Shown here: positions 9,527-18,941 of the stretch, one piece after another
Numbering within the stretch: the first letter of the stretch is position 1
Layout: each line of letters starts with the position of its first letter
Assembly (NCBI GenBank): GCA_903889425.1
Contig: CAISXI010000325.1
Location: 1-44,211 of the forward strand
Origin: an uncultured Roseiflexaceae bacterium
GTDB taxonomy: Bacteria > Chloroflexota > Chloroflexia > Chloroflexales > Roseiflexaceae
Direction of reading: 5' to 3'
Length of the DNA: 44,211 nucleotides
The notes under the pieces: model-generated
What the model was told of the DNA's origin: nothing
The model's input: only the letters and a program-made list of their open reading frames with translations
Database searches by the model: none
Program-made: the position numbers and the translations under genes

Positions 9527-11326
9527 TTAGTAGTCGGTCAAATCATTGTACGCCGCACTATCTGATTCCACCGACGTGTTATTGTCTTGGACATCAGTTT
9601 GCGTTTCAAATTCGCCGTCATCATTATAGTCATATTGGAAATCCATTGAATCGTCTTCGCTATCGATTGCATCAATATCGAATGCGACATCAACATCTGC
9701 GTCGATCTCAATATCATCAGCAGAATACGCATAATCGCCTTCTTCATCTGATATGATGACGTCCAAATCAAAGTCGCCGTCAACATCTCCGTCGAAGCTA
9801 AATTGATCGGTCTCTTCATCAAAGAGCATGTCAAATTCGCCGTCTTCTGAGATATCAACATTCGAAAGTTGGGTTGCTGACCCTTTCAGGTTGGCGTTTT
9901 TTTCATCACCAACAAAAATATCCGGGGTGGTTTTGACTGCGCTCTTGATTTTCAGTGACTTGATCGTGTTACCAAAAAAGATCTCACTCTTTTTGGTCGC
10001 TGATACTGCCAATTTGTCGATCGTAAGCACTTTGCCGTTATCAAATGCACTCACCGAGTATTGATATTTTGGATCATTGTTCATCTGCAAAGTAACACTG
10101 ATGCCATCAGGGATGCGGAAAATCGGTTGCCCTTTTTCTTCCCATAACGTAGGTGCACTTTTGAACACGCGTACCGATGCGCCTTCAATTTCGTTAATCA
10201 ATTCCCCATCGAGATACCCAATCCGCTTACCGTCTGGGGTCACAAATAAGGTAGAGCCTTTGACCGTGCGATCGGCAACGACATCACCAACCGTCGACAC
10301 AATAAAGGTCTTGGTGCTTTTGAGGCCGTTTTTACCACCACAAAAGTCACATTCTTGTGGTTGCATGCGCGGTGCTGATGGGGTGATTTCGAGCTGATCA
10401 CCGGTATACAATGAGCTCTCTTCATCGGGGTTAGTGGATGCTTGATACGACCATGTTTCTTCTTTGAGGTCGACCTCAATGGTACGCAATTCGTTAGGCC
10501 AATTATTATCATAAATATTCAGGCCAGTTTTGCCATTGCCCAGATCCGTAATCGACACGGGTGTGACGGCATGACCGCCACTACCATCAGCCATGTAAAT
10601 TCCGATGGTATAAAACACATTGGCGTTTTGCCCTTGGCCCAGCGAGGCAGACAACAATTTGAGAATATCACTCGGCTTACCCGTAATCATATTGCTCATG
10701 GTTGGTTCTGTGCTCTGGGTAGCCCACCAATAGGCTATTTCTTGTTGGAGCGGCGTATTGCCATCAAGCGGCAATTCATTGGTCGTCGCAGCCCCAAAGG
10801 TATTGGGGTCTTCGATTTTGTGGAACATGTGCAGGCTGGCAACAGCCATGCCTTCACAATGCCCACCATCCATCGCCTCATTGATTTCTTTCATCCATTG
10901 GCGTGCCGGGGATGTGAGGGTGCATTTGCCATCTTTGATACGCGTACACACATTATCACCAAATAAGCGTTGCATATCATTGGCTTTGAGATTTGAGACA
11001 CCAGTATCATTGCCGTAGTTTTCAAATGAAAACCCATCTTTATCGACCAAGAAACCACTATCCGCAGCAAATTTGCCACCTGCAGCGGGGACTTTGGTTG
11101 GTTTTTTCTTGGGCGTGGTGGGAGCGAGCGCGGCATCACTTGATTCTGATGAACTCCCTGACGAATCATTTTCAACGACCACTTCAGTGTCGTCTACCAC
11201 TGGTTGATTGGCCGTTGTATCAGTACCATCCCCCATGAATGCATTCCACAGGGCAATCACGATAATAATTAAGACCGAAGATACCGTAATTTGTTTGGAT
11301 TTGCTACGATTTTTGTTTGACACCAT
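9527..11326 (-). CDS. Membrane-anchored hypothetical protein with putative papain-like (Cys-His-Asp) domain and very acidic C-terminal tail
   Basis: AAGGA RBS; N-terminal TM (VLIIIVIALWNAF); motifs GGHCEGMA, GGHAVTP, IYDNNWP; Asp/Glu-rich last ~110 aa; paralogue of 11377-13737. Confidence 0.75.
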   Translation of the reverse strand: MVSNKNRSKSKQITVSSVLIIIVIALWNAFMGDGTDTTANQPVVDDTEVVVENDSSGSSSESSDAALAPTTPKKKPTKVPAAGGKFAADSGFLVDKDGFSFENYGNDTGVSNLKANDMQRLFGDNVCTRIKDGKCTLTSPARQWMKEINEAMDGGHCEGMAVASLHMFHKIEDPNTFGAATTNELPLDGNTPLQQEIAYWWATQSTEPTMSNMITGKPSDILKLLSASLGQGQNANVFYTIGIYMADGSGGHAVTPVSITDLGNGKTGLNIYDNNWPNELRTIEVDLKEETWSYQASTNPDEESSLYTGDQLEITPSAPRMQPQECDFCGGKNGLKSTKTFIVSTVGDVVADRTVKGSTLFVTPDGKRIGYLDGELINEIEGASVRVFKSAPTLWEEKGQPIFRIPDGISVTLQMNNDPKYQYSVSAFDNGKVLTIDKLAVSATKKSEIFFGNTIKSLKIKSAVKTTPDIFVGDEKNANLKGSATQLSNVDISEDGEFDMLFDEETDQFSFDGDVDGDFDLDVIISDEEGDYAYSADDIEIDADVDVAFDIDAIDSEDDSMDFQYDYNDDGEFETQTDVQDNNTSVESDSAAYNDLTDY

Positions 11327-11376
11327 GAGTTCCTTTCATAATCACCATGCACATACTACCAACCAGAATTACCCTG

Positions 11377-13737
11377 TTATTCGCGTAATTCTCCAATACC
11401 ATCATCCTTCGACAAGACCGCTGTAGGCGGGACGTATTGACGAACCGGCCAAGAATCGTCCGCATTTTGCGTAGGTACTGGCGTTTTGTCTATCGGCATA
11501 CGGTCAGTTTGCTCTTCGTTGCTGACAATCGGCGATGGCGTGATTTTTTGTTCATCACCAGTATCTGGCGTATTATTGCGCGTCGTGTCACCACTATCAT
11601 TACCATCACCGTGATCACCGCGGTCACGCGTAGGGCGCGGGCGCCCACCGTCACCAACGGGTGTAGGACGCGCGCGGTCATTATCACCACCGCCGCCGGG
11701 TGTAGGACGTGTGCGGTCATTATCACCACCACCACCGGGTGTAGGACGCGTACGGTCGCCATCGTCGTCGTCGTCGTCACCGCTACCCGGCGTAGGACGT
11801 GGGTTATCATCGCCACCCGGGGTTGGTCGTTGGGTATCATCGCCACTCGGGGTTGGGAGGGTGGTACCATCACCGCTCGGTGTCGGGCGGATGGTATCAT
11901 CACCGGGGCTACCTCCACCGATATCAGTGGGGGTCAAACCAAGCGTACTCGTAATCACCCGGGTTGCGTCGTCTGACGATGATTCTCCACCGCCATTATT
12001 TTTGGATGAGCCATCGCCATTCGACGAATCATCCTTGCCATCCCCTGCAGTTGATGAATCATCGGTCGGCATCAATCGGGTTGGCAATAGTTTGGTTTGG
12101 GTAGGGCGGGGGGGATTACGGCGAGCCACTGGCGTCGCAGATGGCATGACGATCGTCACAGTTGGTGAGATCGAGATATCTTGGACTAGCTCCGGGGATA
12201 GCGCATCGATAATCGGAGCCAACGACTGGTCATCCGTGGTGACAGTTGTTTGTGAAGAAACCGGCTCAGGCTGATTGGCGTCAGCCGCTGACACTTGGAC
12301 TTGTGCCGATTGGCCGTCACTGGTGAGCATTGCCAACGTCTTGGTTTGTTTATTTGCCGACGCAGCAACTTTGGCCCCTTTTTGCAAGACAATGCGCTTG
12401 ACAGTCATTTCGACATTTTGGTCGGCGTCACTATAACCCACATAGATATCAGGGCTCGATTGGGTACCACTCGCAATAGCCACCGTACTACCCACTTGGT
12501 CAAGTCGAATTTCGCTGGCAACAGTGGCATCAACGAGTAGATTTTGCAGGGCAACTACTTTACCTTTGCCAAACGCGGTCACATTAATTGGTACGTTTTG
12601 CAGGCCGGTAATCCGCAATGACCCATTCACACTCGCAGGCACCGACAACATCGGCATCCCAAGTGGAGACCATTGATCGGGGGCACCACGCAAAAAGCCA
12701 ATCTGGGCGTTGGGGATTTCGTTGTAGACTTTGCCTAGCACAATCCCAACCCGCCGCCCCAACCCATCCACGAAATATGCCGAGAACTGTTGGCTAATGG
12801 CCGTTGCTGCGGTAGCAGACGAAGAGAAAAAGAACGTCGTTAAATCATCAACACTTTGGGCAACTGGATTACTTGGACAAAAGTGACAGACTTGTTTTTG
12901 TAAGCGTGGTGCAGCAGCGGTTAATTCGAGTGTTTTGGAGGTACTATCACCATAATAAGTGCGTGGCACACCATCGACATTCGTCGCCGCATACGTCCAT
13001 GTATTTTTGACGGTATCAACGGTTATTTCACGTGTTTCGTTGGGGATGTTGTTATCGTAGATTTGAATCGCCACATGCGTCGCATCAATATCACGGAGCC
13101 CAATCGGCGTTACCGTATGCCCGCTCATAAAATCGGCTTGATAGATACCAATGGTGTATAATTGCGCCACATCGGCATCTTTGTGTAACCCAGCCCGTAA
13201 CATGGTGACTGCTTCGATGGGATCGGTAATCACGCGATGCGCCCGGGTAGGGAAGGTGGCTTGGGTGGCCCACCAATAGGCGATTTCGCGTTGGAGCGGC
13301 GGATTATCCGCTAATTGCAACGCGGCCACACTATCGCCGCCAAACATTTTTGGGTTAATTACGCCATAATAAAAATATTGGCTCAACACCGCCATGCCTT
13401 CGCAATGGCCGGTTTGCATGGCACGGTTGATTTCTTCCATCCAAATCCGAGCTGCCGGAATCAACGTACATGATTTGCTGGCAACCATACAGACCGCATC
13501 ACCAAACAAGCGTTGCATATCGCTATTGGTGAGGTTACTAATATCTGCGTTGGCACCATAATTACGAAACGAAAACCCATCACGTTGTGGATCAAACCCA
13601 ATTTGCACCGAGGCAAATTGCGCATTGGCATCGGTTGAAAATTGTACGGCCGTTGGCACCACCGTCGTAGCTGGTGTCGCACAGCTAGCCAGTAGACCAC
13701 ACATAAACAATATTAAAATGACGGTGCGTCGCCCCAT
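11377..13737 (-). CDS. Lipoprotein with putative papain-like (Cys-His-Asp) domain and Pro/Thr/Gly/Asp low-complexity tail
   Basis: AAGGAG 9 nt upstream of ATG 13737 (the ORF-track TTG at 13746 directly abuts the RBS); lipobox LASC; motifs TGHCEGMA, SGHTVTP, IYDNNIP. Confidence 0.75.
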   Translation of the reverse strand: MGRRTVILILFMCGLLASCATPATTVVPTAVQFSTDANAQFASVQIGFDPQRDGFSFRNYGANADISNLTNSDMQRLFGDAVCMVASKSCTLIPAARIWMEEINRAMQTGHCEGMAVLSQYFYYGVINPKMFGGDSVAALQLADNPPLQREIAYWWATQATFPTRAHRVITDPIEAVTMLRAGLHKDADVAQLYTIGIYQADFMSGHTVTPIGLRDIDATHVAIQIYDNNIPNETREITVDTVKNTWTYAATNVDGVPRTYYGDSTSKTLELTAAAPRLQKQVCHFCPSNPVAQSVDDLTTFFFSSSATAATAISQQFSAYFVDGLGRRVGIVLGKVYNEIPNAQIGFLRGAPDQWSPLGMPMLSVPASVNGSLRITGLQNVPINVTAFGKGKVVALQNLLVDATVASEIRLDQVGSTVAIASGTQSSPDIYVGYSDADQNVEMTVKRIVLQKGAKVAASANKQTKTLAMLTSDGQSAQVQVSAADANQPEPVSSQTTVTTDDQSLAPIIDALSPELVQDISISPTVTIVMPSATPVARRNPPRPTQTKLLPTRLMPTDDSSTAGDGKDDSSNGDGSSKNNGGGESSSDDATRVITSTLGLTPTDIGGGSPGDDTIRPTPSGDGTTLPTPSGDDTQRPTPGGDDNPRPTPGSGDDDDDDGDRTRPTPGGGGDNDRTRPTPGGGGDNDRARPTPVGDGGRPRPTRDRGDHGDGNDSGDTTRNNTPDTGDEQKITPSPIVSNEEQTDRMPIDKTPVPTQNADDSWPVRQYVPPTAVLSKDDGIGELRE
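11630..11905 (-). repeat. Imperfect 33-39 bp coding tandem repeats (RPTP(S/G)GDD / RPTPGGGGDNDR units)
   Basis: Recurring ggtgtaggacg...ggtcattatcaccacc and catcgccac(c/t)cgg units. Confidence 0.8.
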
Positions 13738-13956
13738 AACATGCAACTCCTTATATATAGGTACTATAGCATCGTCTACGCCTATTGGTCAATTATTTGC
13801 ATACCCAAACAAACATACGCTCGTACGGACAGCATCTGCTCTGGTCTAGACGGCACATATGGCTGTTTTGTTCCATGACAGCGTCACGTACTTTTATAAT
13901 TCCCACATTGCCATATTTTGTGTAAGAATAGACACACGATTAACAAAGGAAATCAA

Positions 13957-15924
13957 ATGAGCAACGAACGACTCGAATCCCTCATAGGTGGCTCACCTGC
14001 CCTATTTGACATCATCTCAAAAGCCGCCGGCCCCAGTGGTGAGCTCCCCCTCACCGAAGATATGCTCCGCGATAGCCCCAGTGGTGATTTGTTTGGCTGG
14101 ACCCAAAACGTCGGCATGGGCTGGGAGCCAGCCGAGCTCACTCGCACCCAAGTACTCATCCTCAGCACCCAAGGGGGCATCCGCGAAAACGATGGCAGAG
14201 CCATCGCACTCGGCTACCATACGGGGCATTGGGAAATAGGCTTGCAAATGCGGGCTGCTGCCGAAACACTACGGGCCAACAACGCCATGCCCTTTGCAGG
14301 CTATGTCACCGACCCCTGCGATGGCCGTACCCAAGGCACCGAAGGGATGTTCGACAGCCTGCCCTATCGCAATGACGCGGCTATCGTATTTCGCCGACTC
14401 ATCCGCTCACTCCCCACCCGCCATGCCGTCATCGGTGTGGCCACCTGCGACAAAGGGCTGCCCGCCATGCTCATCGCCTTGGCTGGCACCCCCAACCTGC
14501 CCACCATCCTCGTACCGGGTGGCGTCACCTTGCCCCCTACTGATGGCGAAGACGCCGGCAAAGTGCAGACCATTGGAGCACGCTTCGCCCAAGGCGAATT
14601 GTCGCTCCAAGAGGCCGCCGCCCTCGGCTGCCGGGCCTGTGGCTCCCCCGGCGGTGGCTGTCAGTTCCTCGGTACTGCCGCTACTGCCCAAGTGGTTGCC
14701 GAAGCGTTGGGAATTGCCTTGCCCCACTCAGCCCTGGCCCCCTCGGGACAACCGATATGGCTTGAGTTAGCGACTGCGTCTGCACATGCCGTCCTCGCCC
14801 TGCAGAAACGCAAAATCACCACCAAGCAAATCATTACACCGGCCGCAATCCAGAACGCCATGGTGGTGCATGCCGCCTTTGGTGGTTCGACCAATCTGCT
14901 GTTGCACATCCCCGCAATTGCCCACGCCGCCGGCCTGCCGCGCCCGACGGTACAAGACTGGGAACGCATCAATCGCCAAGTGCCACGCCTCGTCGACGTG
15001 CTCCCCAACGGCCCACGCAACCATGTCACCGTCCAAGCCTATATGGCTGGTGGCGTGCCCGAAGTAATGCTCCACTTACGTGATTTGGGATTGCTCGATA
15101 CGTCGGTACTCACGGTGAGTGGCGAAACACTCGATAGTGTGCTTGACTGGTGGCAACATTCCACCCGCCGCGCCACGGTGCGCCAAATGCTCCGCGAGCG
15201 CGACGGTGTCGATCCCGATGATGTGATTATGTCACCCAGCCTAGCCCAAGCCCGCGGACTCACCTCGACCGTCACCTTCCCCCAAGGCAATCTGGCCCCC
15301 GAAGGCTCGGTCATCAAAAGTACCGCCATCGATGCGCGGGTGGTGGATGCTGATGGGGTGTACCGCAAAATCGGTCCGGCCAAAGTCTTTTTGCGCGAGC
15401 GTGACGCAGTGCGGGCCATCAAAGGCCAAGGCGACAAACAAGTGGTCCCCGGCGACATCATCGTGTTGATTTGTGGTGGGCCGCTTGGGACGGGTATGGA
15501 AGAAACCTACCAAGTCACGTCAGCGCTCAAACATCTCCGTTGGGGACGCGAAGTGGCGGTGATTACCGACGCCCGCTTTTCGGGGGTGAGTACCGGCGCC
15601 TGTATCGGCCATGTGGGACCTGAAGCCTTGGCTGGCGGACCGATTGGCAAAGTACGCGATGGTGACATGATCGAAATCATCGTTGACCGCAATAATTTGG
15701 TGGGCAGTGTCAATTTGATTGGCGAAAACAACGTCGCCGTTGATTGGCAAACCGGCGCTACCATCCTGGCTGCCCGTGGCATGCGTACTGACTTACAAGC
15801 CCATCCCAATTTACCCGACGACACTCGTTTGTGGGCGGCGTTGCAACACGTCAGTGGCGGCACTTGGGGTGGCTGTGTCTATGATGCCGACAGCATCATC
15901 GCCCGCCTGAACAACCCGCAATAA
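13957..15924 (+). CDS. YjhG/YagF-family D-xylonate dehydratase (IlvD/Edd superfamily, Fe-S)
   Basis: AAAGGA RBS before ATG 13957. Family-typical N-terminus [32 protein letters not shown] and [53 protein letters not shown]-terminal [10 protein letters not shown]. Confidence 0.92.
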   Translation: MSNERLESLIGGSPALFDIISKAAGPSGELPLTEDMLRDSPSGDLFGWTQNVGMGWEPAELTRTQVLILSTQGGIRENDGRAIALGYHTGHWEIGLQMRAAAETLRANNAMPFAGYVTDPCDGRTQGTEGMFDSLPYRNDAAIVFRRLIRSLPTRHAVIGVATCDKGLPAMLIALAGTPNLPTILVPGGVTLPPTDGEDAGKVQTIGARFAQGELSLQEAAALGCRACGSPGGGCQFLGTAATAQVVAEALGIALPHSALAPSGQPIWLELATASAHAVLALQKRKITTKQIITPAAIQNAMVVHAAFGGSTNLLLHIPAIAHAAGLPRPTVQDWERINRQVPRLVDVLPNGPRNHVTVQAYMAGGVPEVMLHLRDLGLLDTSVLTVSGETLDSVLDWWQHSTRRATVRQMLRERDGVDPDDVIMSPSLAQARGLTSTVTFPQGNLAPEGSVIKSTAIDARVVDADGVYRKIGPAKVFLRERDAVRAIKGQGDKQVVPGDIIVLICGGPLGTGMEETYQVTSALKHLRWGREVAVITDARFSGVSTGACIGHVGPEALAGGPIGKVRDGDMIEIIVDRNNLVGSVNLIGENNVAVDWQTGATILAARGMRTDLQAHPNLPDDTRLWAALQHVSGGTWGGCVYDADSIIARLNNPQ

Positions 15925-15927
15925 CAT

Positions 15928-15966
15928 AAAAAATCGGGGTGTGGCAGAAGTTGCCACACCCCGATT
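15928..15966. terminator. Rho-independent terminator between convergent genes
   Basis: 15-bp stem aatcggggtgtggca-gaagt-tgccacaccccgatt with an A-tract on the left (U-tract for the minus-strand transcript). Confidence 0.8.
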
Positions 15967-15981
15967 ACTTCCCAGCTCTAT

Positions 15982-16908
15982 TTAGCGTTTGGAGGCACGA
16001 TAGCCGGCTTGCTCGGCTGCTGCAGGGGTATCAAAACAAATCACCGCACTATTGCGGGTCATGGCATAAAAGGCCCCTGTGGGCAGATGATAAATCATCG
16101 TTTTGGCGTTGGCTTTGACTTGCCCGTCTTGACACGGGAAGCTCGGCACGGGGGTCTCTGTTAATGCCGCCGTGATTTGCACCACTTGCACAATCACGAC
16201 TGCCGTCGGCGTGCTATTGACGGTATCAGTCACCGCCACTACTTGGGTTGTGGTAGGTGCAGATGCGACGGGTAGGGGTGTCACACTTGCCGTATGCACC
16301 ACACTGCCGCCCTTAGTGCGGAGCGTTGGGGCGGGGATGGTTGCCGTAGGTGCAGCTGCCGCCTGTGCCGGGATGAGCTGCCAAAAATAGATTCCAATTA
16401 CGAAGATAGCAATCAGTAAACTCGCACCAGCAATCATATAGAGCACCGGTGATTTGGTTGGTACTTGGACAGGGACTTGATACCGTTGCATACGCATTTC
16501 GTCACGCAAGGCGACTACTCGATCGACGTTACTCGCCCGGATAGCAGTCAACAAGCGGGCAATATTGTCGGCGAGTCGGTCTACATCATCGGCCGAAAGT
16601 GGGGCTTGATGCGCCCAACGATTACGAATCGTGCGTAGTTCAAACAGCAGACTGCGCTCGTTGGGCGTTAATACCCGACTAAACGTCGAATCCCAGTGCG
16701 CCAAAATCACGCGTACCAAGGCAGTCGCATCGAGTTGAGCCTGTTGACTGTCAACAGGCAAGCGCACCTCGGGAGTATTGCGGAGCACACTATACCACTC
16801 GGTGCCATGGGTTGTTTTGAGCACCGCCATCACAAATGGGGCATATCCCTGGCGGAATTCCGCGAGGAGTTGATCTATTTGAATGCGTCGCACCGGATCA
16901 CTGGTCAT
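15982..16908 (-). CDS. Swt1-like HEPN domain + single TM + Pro/Thr linker + C-terminal Ada-like/nuclease-associated small domain
   Basis: GAGGAG 9 nt before ATG 16908. LDATALVRVILAHWDSTFSRVL...LLFELRTIRNRWAHQAPLSADD with Rx4H at 16609-16626. TM VLYMIAGASLLIAIFVIGIYFW. C-terminus VKANAKTMIYHLPTGAFY...CFDTPAAAEQAGYRASKR. Confidence 0.8.
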   Translation of the reverse strand: MTSDPVRRIQIDQLLAEFRQGYAPFVMAVLKTTHGTEWYSVLRNTPEVRLPVDSQQAQLDATALVRVILAHWDSTFSRVLTPNERSLLFELRTIRNRWAHQAPLSADDVDRLADNIARLLTAIRASNVDRVVALRDEMRMQRYQVPVQVPTKSPVLYMIAGASLLIAIFVIGIYFWQLIPAQAAAAPTATIPAPTLRTKGGSVVHTASVTPLPVASAPTTTQVVAVTDTVNSTPTAVVIVQVVQITAALTETPVPSFPCQDGQVKANAKTMIYHLPTGAFYAMTRNSAVICFDTPAAAEQAGYRASKR

Positions 16909-17003
16909 ACCAAGCATCTCCTCGTGGCGATGATACTGCACATCACATCAATTGTCGGTGTAGTGATTCACGGCTGTGCAGGGAGTTTTTTTCAATACAT
17001 CCA

Positions 17004-17882
17004 TCATACACTCTGCTCATGAAAACGATTACGAAACGCGGCATACACGGGAGTCATTGGGGCAATATCGGGTATCGCAAAATCGATAATCGCAAATGCG
17101 CGTGTGGCGCGGGACTCTAACGCCACTTGAAAAGCGGTGGCAATTAATTCCGGAGTGTGACCAAATTCCCCCGTCCCCCACGCACCAAGAATCAACACAT
17201 TGGCATTGGTCGTAGCTGCCGCTTCGATGATCCGGGTTGCACGGCGTGCCATTTGGAGCGGGATTTCGGCTTCACGCTGCGGCATATATAACTGCACATT
17301 CGTGGCATGCACCGCTGCGGCACTAACCATAGCATAGTGCAACGGCGTTTCGAGCAAATCACCTTCATGCCCACGAAATACCGGTACGTGGGGAGTAACA
17401 ATCACGGTATCGTCATAAAATGGATTGGTGCGATGGGTACGATTGCGATACCACGAATGGGAGCCGAGGCAATGCATTAATCCAGATGACCGTGCCAAAG
17501 CAGCTTCTTGGGATTGCACGCCGTGCAACCACCCACCACCCAGATTGCGCGGGTTGGTAAAATTCAACACCGCCACCCGATAGCCCCGCCGTTGCCGCGC
17601 ATGTGCGACCATTAATGCGGTTTGATTGTGGACAAAGGTCATTGCTTGCGAGTATTTGGCTGTCCCTTGTGGAATCACCGAATCGGGTCGAAACGTCACC
17701 ATCTGCGCATGCGCTTGGTGTAACGACTCTTGTATATCGTGCTCCGTACCCGCTTCGGTAATATAACTTCCGCGCGTAATAATTTGCTGCGTCGCACGGC
17801 CAACCATTTCTGCCGCATCTATATCCATTAAAAAATCTTCTTTGGTAAGCACCGGAAGACTCAATGTTAACTTACGCCGCAT
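17004..17882 (-). CDS. TIGR02452/DUF2263 microbial PARG-like macrodomain protein (QEA instead of QEE)
   Basis: VAVLNFTNPRNLGGGWLHGVQSQEAALARSSGL, VIVTPHVPVFR, LILGAWGTGEFGH, IIDFAI. GGAG 6 nt before ATG 17882, and alignment to the paralogue's N-terminus supports this start. Confidence 0.88.
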   Translation of the reverse strand: MRRKLTLSLPVLTKEDFLMDIDAAEMVGRATQQIITRGSYITEAGTEHDIQESLHQAHAQMVTFRPDSVIPQGTAKYSQAMTFVHNQTALMVAHARQRRGYRVAVLNFTNPRNLGGGWLHGVQSQEAALARSSGLMHCLGSHSWYRNRTHRTNPFYDDTVIVTPHVPVFRGHEGDLLETPLHYAMVSAAAVHATNVQLYMPQREAEIPLQMARRATRIIEAAATTNANVLILGAWGTGEFGHTPELIATAFQVALESRATRAFAIIDFAIPDIAPMTPVYAAFRNRFHEQSV

Positions 17883-17952
17883 ACTTACTCCGACATTCAT
17901 TGAAGTGATCCCACATGGCTCGCCCCGGTTACACTATAAACTGCATCATATC

Positions 17953-17988
17953 GTTTTCTCACGACCACATATGTGGTCGTGAGAAAAC
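17953..17988. promoter_or_regulatory. Perfect 36-bp palindrome in the divergent PARG-like/HDAC intergenic region (putative operator or cruciform)
   Basis: gttttctcacgaccacat|atgtggtcgtgagaaaac, no loop. Confidence 0.7.
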
Positions 17989-17990
17989 TT

Positions 17991-17999
17991 TGGTATAAT
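17991..17999 (+). promoter_or_regulatory. Extended -10 promoter element for the HDAC gene
   Basis: TGgTATAAT just after the palindrome, about 42 nt upstream of ATG 18042; GAGGGG RBS before the ATG. Confidence 0.6.
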
Positions 18000-18041
18000 T
18001 AACGTATTACGCTAGATTATATTGTAGAGGGGGAAATTCAA

Positions 18042-18923
18042 ATGTCAAATTATCGAATTTTTTACCATCCCGACACCATAAGCACGACCCATTCATTTGA
18101 TACCACGCGCAAAGGAGCAGATGTCGCTGAAGCATTAGCAAGCCAAGGATGGCTGATTAGTACACCGACGCCGTTGAGTGTCGCTGAAGCAACGCAAACA
18201 CATAGCGCAGACTATGTCGATGCGATAGTACGTGGGACACCCCGTGATTTAGCCAAATCGCAAGGATTTCCGTGGGATGCGCAGATGTGGCACTCAGTAG
18301 CTGCCCAAAACGGGGCCTTGCGCGATGCAGTCCTGAGCGCCATCACGGGGATACCGGCATATGCAGTAAGTGCAGGGTTCCATCATGCCCGGAGCAATCA
18401 CGGAGCGGGGTTTTGCACCTTAAATGGGTTGGCGATAGGGGCAGATATTGCCTTAAAAAACGGTGTCCGCAAGGTGTTTATCCTCGATGTAGATGCCCAT
18501 TGTGGCGGTGGCACCTATAGTATGGTACACGATTATGCACACATCGTACACCTTGACTTATCTGTGCATCACTATGACCAATACCCACCCACGTCACCGC
18601 ACCAATTATTGTTTGTCAATCATGCCAGCGATTATCTCACACGCCTGCAACAGCTACTGAGCTATGCAGAAGTTGATTTACAGGCTGGTGATCTGGTGAT
18701 TTACAATGCCGGAATGGACCCCTATGAAGGCTGTGACCTCGGCGGGATGCCTGGCATAGATGGAGTGCTCTTGCAACAACGGGAAGCGCTGGTGACGGCG
18801 TGGATTCGTCGGCACCAACTGAACGTGGCAGCGTGTCTGGCTGGTGGGTATAACGGTGCGGATTTCTCCCATCAAGAACTCATCGCCATGCACGTCATGA
18901 GTGTCACGACGCTCTTGCAGTAA
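18042..18923 (+). CDS. Zn-dependent histone deacetylase-family amidohydrolase
   Basis: GFHHA (His dyad), GFC, LDVDAHCGGGT and NAGMDP (Zn ligands), LAGGY (catalytic Tyr) all intact. Confidence 0.92.
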   Translation: MSNYRIFYHPDTISTTHSFDTTRKGADVAEALASQGWLISTPTPLSVAEATQTHSADYVDAIVRGTPRDLAKSQGFPWDAQMWHSVAAQNGALRDAVLSAITGIPAYAVSAGFHHARSNHGAGFCTLNGLAIGADIALKNGVRKVFILDVDAHCGGGTYSMVHDYAHIVHLDLSVHHYDQYPPTSPHQLLFVNHASDYLTRLQQLLSYAEVDLQAGDLVIYNAGMDPYEGCDLGGMPGIDGVLLQQREALVTAWIRRHQLNVAACLAGGYNGADFSHQELIAMHVMSVTTLLQ

Positions 18924-18941
18924 GCGTAATTGCAACAGTCC

